Positions 62,530 to 64,000 of a DNA stretch of 64,000 bases are shown here, piece by piece. Under the pieces are notes generated by a model. It was given only the letters and a program-made list of their open reading frames with translations, had not been told where the DNA came from and ran no database searches. This DNA is from Phyllobates terribilis (lineage: Eukaryota): NCBI RefSeq assembly GCF_046119375.1, contig NW_027362762.1:733150001-733214000 (forward strand), read 5' to 3'. Position 1 is the stretch's first letter; each line of letters begins with the position of its first letter. The position numbers and the translations under genes were made by a program.

Positions 62530-64000
62530 AGTCATTCTCTTCTGTTCCTCAGAGTGTGCGATCGTCTCAAGCCACCACATATGCTGATGCAACTTGCTCC
62601 TTCTCCTCTGCCTTGTCCTTCCACTGAGTCCCCGCTGTTAGGTAAGAATACCATCAGTATTGCGTCTACCATCGTGCACTTGTGTTCCTGCATTTTCCGA
62701 TCCCGCTCCAGTGACGGAAGTAATGATGGTACATTGTACTTGTAGTGGGGATCCAGCAGGGTGGTCACCCAGTAATTAGCACTAGTAACAATCCAGGCAA
62801 CTTGCCGGTCATTGCGCCGGCACAGCAGCATGTATTGGCTCATGTGTGCCAGGCTGCCCAGAGGCAACAACAAGCTGTCCTTGGTAGCAGGTGTATCATC
62901 TGGGTCCTCTGCATCCTTCCAGCCATGCTCCAGTGATGCCAGTAACCTGCTTTGAGTGCCACCCTGCTGTGAACACGGTTCCTCCTCCTCCTCCTCCTCC
63001 TCCTCCTCATCCTCCAAAACTGTCCCCTGGCTGGACAGTTGTGTACCTGGCCGTTGTTGGTACAGGAACCCATCCTCCGAGCCATGAGTGGACAACTGAC
63101 CCGATAAGGATGTGAATGGTCATCTCATCCATCATGAAGCGTCTTTTCAAACAGGCATAGAAGTGGAATAGTAACGCTGGTGATGGTGTCATTAGTGCTG
63201 GCCATGTTGGTAGAGTACTCGAAGCAGCGCAAGATGGCACACACATCCTGCATGGAGGCCCACTCATTGGTGAAGTGGTCTTGTTCCGCAGAGTGACTCA
63301 CCTGTGTATGCTGCAGCTGGAGCTCTACTATTGCCTGCTGCTGCTCACACAGTCTCTCCAGCATATGGAAGGTGAACTTCCACCTTGTTGGTACGTCGCA
63401 TATCAGCAGATGAGCAGGAAGGCAGAAGTGAATCTACAGCACAGACAGGCAAGCAGCAGAAGAGTGAGAATGCCGAAAGCGTGCACTTTCAGCAGCAGCT
63501 CTGACATATAAGGGTAATTTTTAAGGACGCTCCGCACCACCAAATTCAGCACATGCACCAGGCAAGTTGTCAATCCGGCTAGGCCCAGAGCTGCTATAAG
63601 ATTTTGCCCGTTATCACACACCACCAAGCCAGGCTTGAGGTTCAGCGGCACCAACCACTCATCGGTCTGTTGTGGGATACCCGCCCACAGCTCCTAGGTG
63701 ATGTGGAATCTTTCCCCCAAACAGATGAGTTTCAGAACAGCCTGCTGTTGTTTCCCCCTCTCTGTGCTGAAGTTGGTAATGCAGATGTTGCGCTGACCAG
63801 ATGAAGAGGCGGTGGAGGAAGCGGAGTAGGAGGAGGAGGCAACATGGACAAAGAAACATCTGTCAATCCTCGGTGGTGGTAAGACATGCACCAGAACGCT
63901 TTCTACCACAGGCCCAGCCACCACTACATTTACCCAGTGGGCAGTTAGAGAGATGTAACGTCCCTGGCCATGCTTACTGTTCCACGTATCAGTGGTTATG
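62530..64000 (-). pseudogene. Decayed hAT transposase (second, more diverged copy), running off the window
   Basis: Fragments LVVCDNGQNL, VHVLNLVV, LLDPHYK and an acidic Glu tract, homologous to 12895-16251 but frameshifted. Confidence 0.8.

Noticed and set aside
37872-64000. Final KCND3 coding exon (SRSSLNLK...VKVSAL)
   Set aside because: I searched by eye and found no matching segment; it is probably downstream of the window.

Overview
Vertebrate genomic DNA, most likely from an anuran amphibian judging by its repeat content. The window covers four C-terminal coding exons of the A-type potassium channel gene KCND3 (Kv4.3) on the + strand: 3218-3319, 23959-24051, the 57-nt alternative Kv4.3L exon at 34890-34946, and 37624-37871. 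The preceding S6 exon and the last coding exon were not found, so they are probably outside the window. The introns are packed with transposable elements: a ~10.2-kb hAT element with a colinear but nonsense-interrupted transposase, a full-length Tc1 and several decayed ones, a Gmr1-like Gypsy element, two solo LTRs, a piggyBac-type non-autonomous element, Kolobok/T2- and Harbinger-type MITEs, long fold-back elements, and LINE fragments. Two items stand out. (1) A structurally complete non-autonomous LTR retroelement at 45377-49924 (minus strand) has 1.3-kb LTRs, an 18-nt tRNA-Ser PBS, a PPT and a 4-bp TSD. It has no gag or pol; instead it carries one intact 341-aa ORF ending in a cold-shock (CSD/OB-fold) domain. 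(2) A canonical type I hammerhead ribozyme at 39964-40008 sits in a 320-bp tandem retrozyme-like repeat, sense to the KCND3 pre-mRNA. All calls were made by eye without database searches; boundaries marked approximate are estimates.
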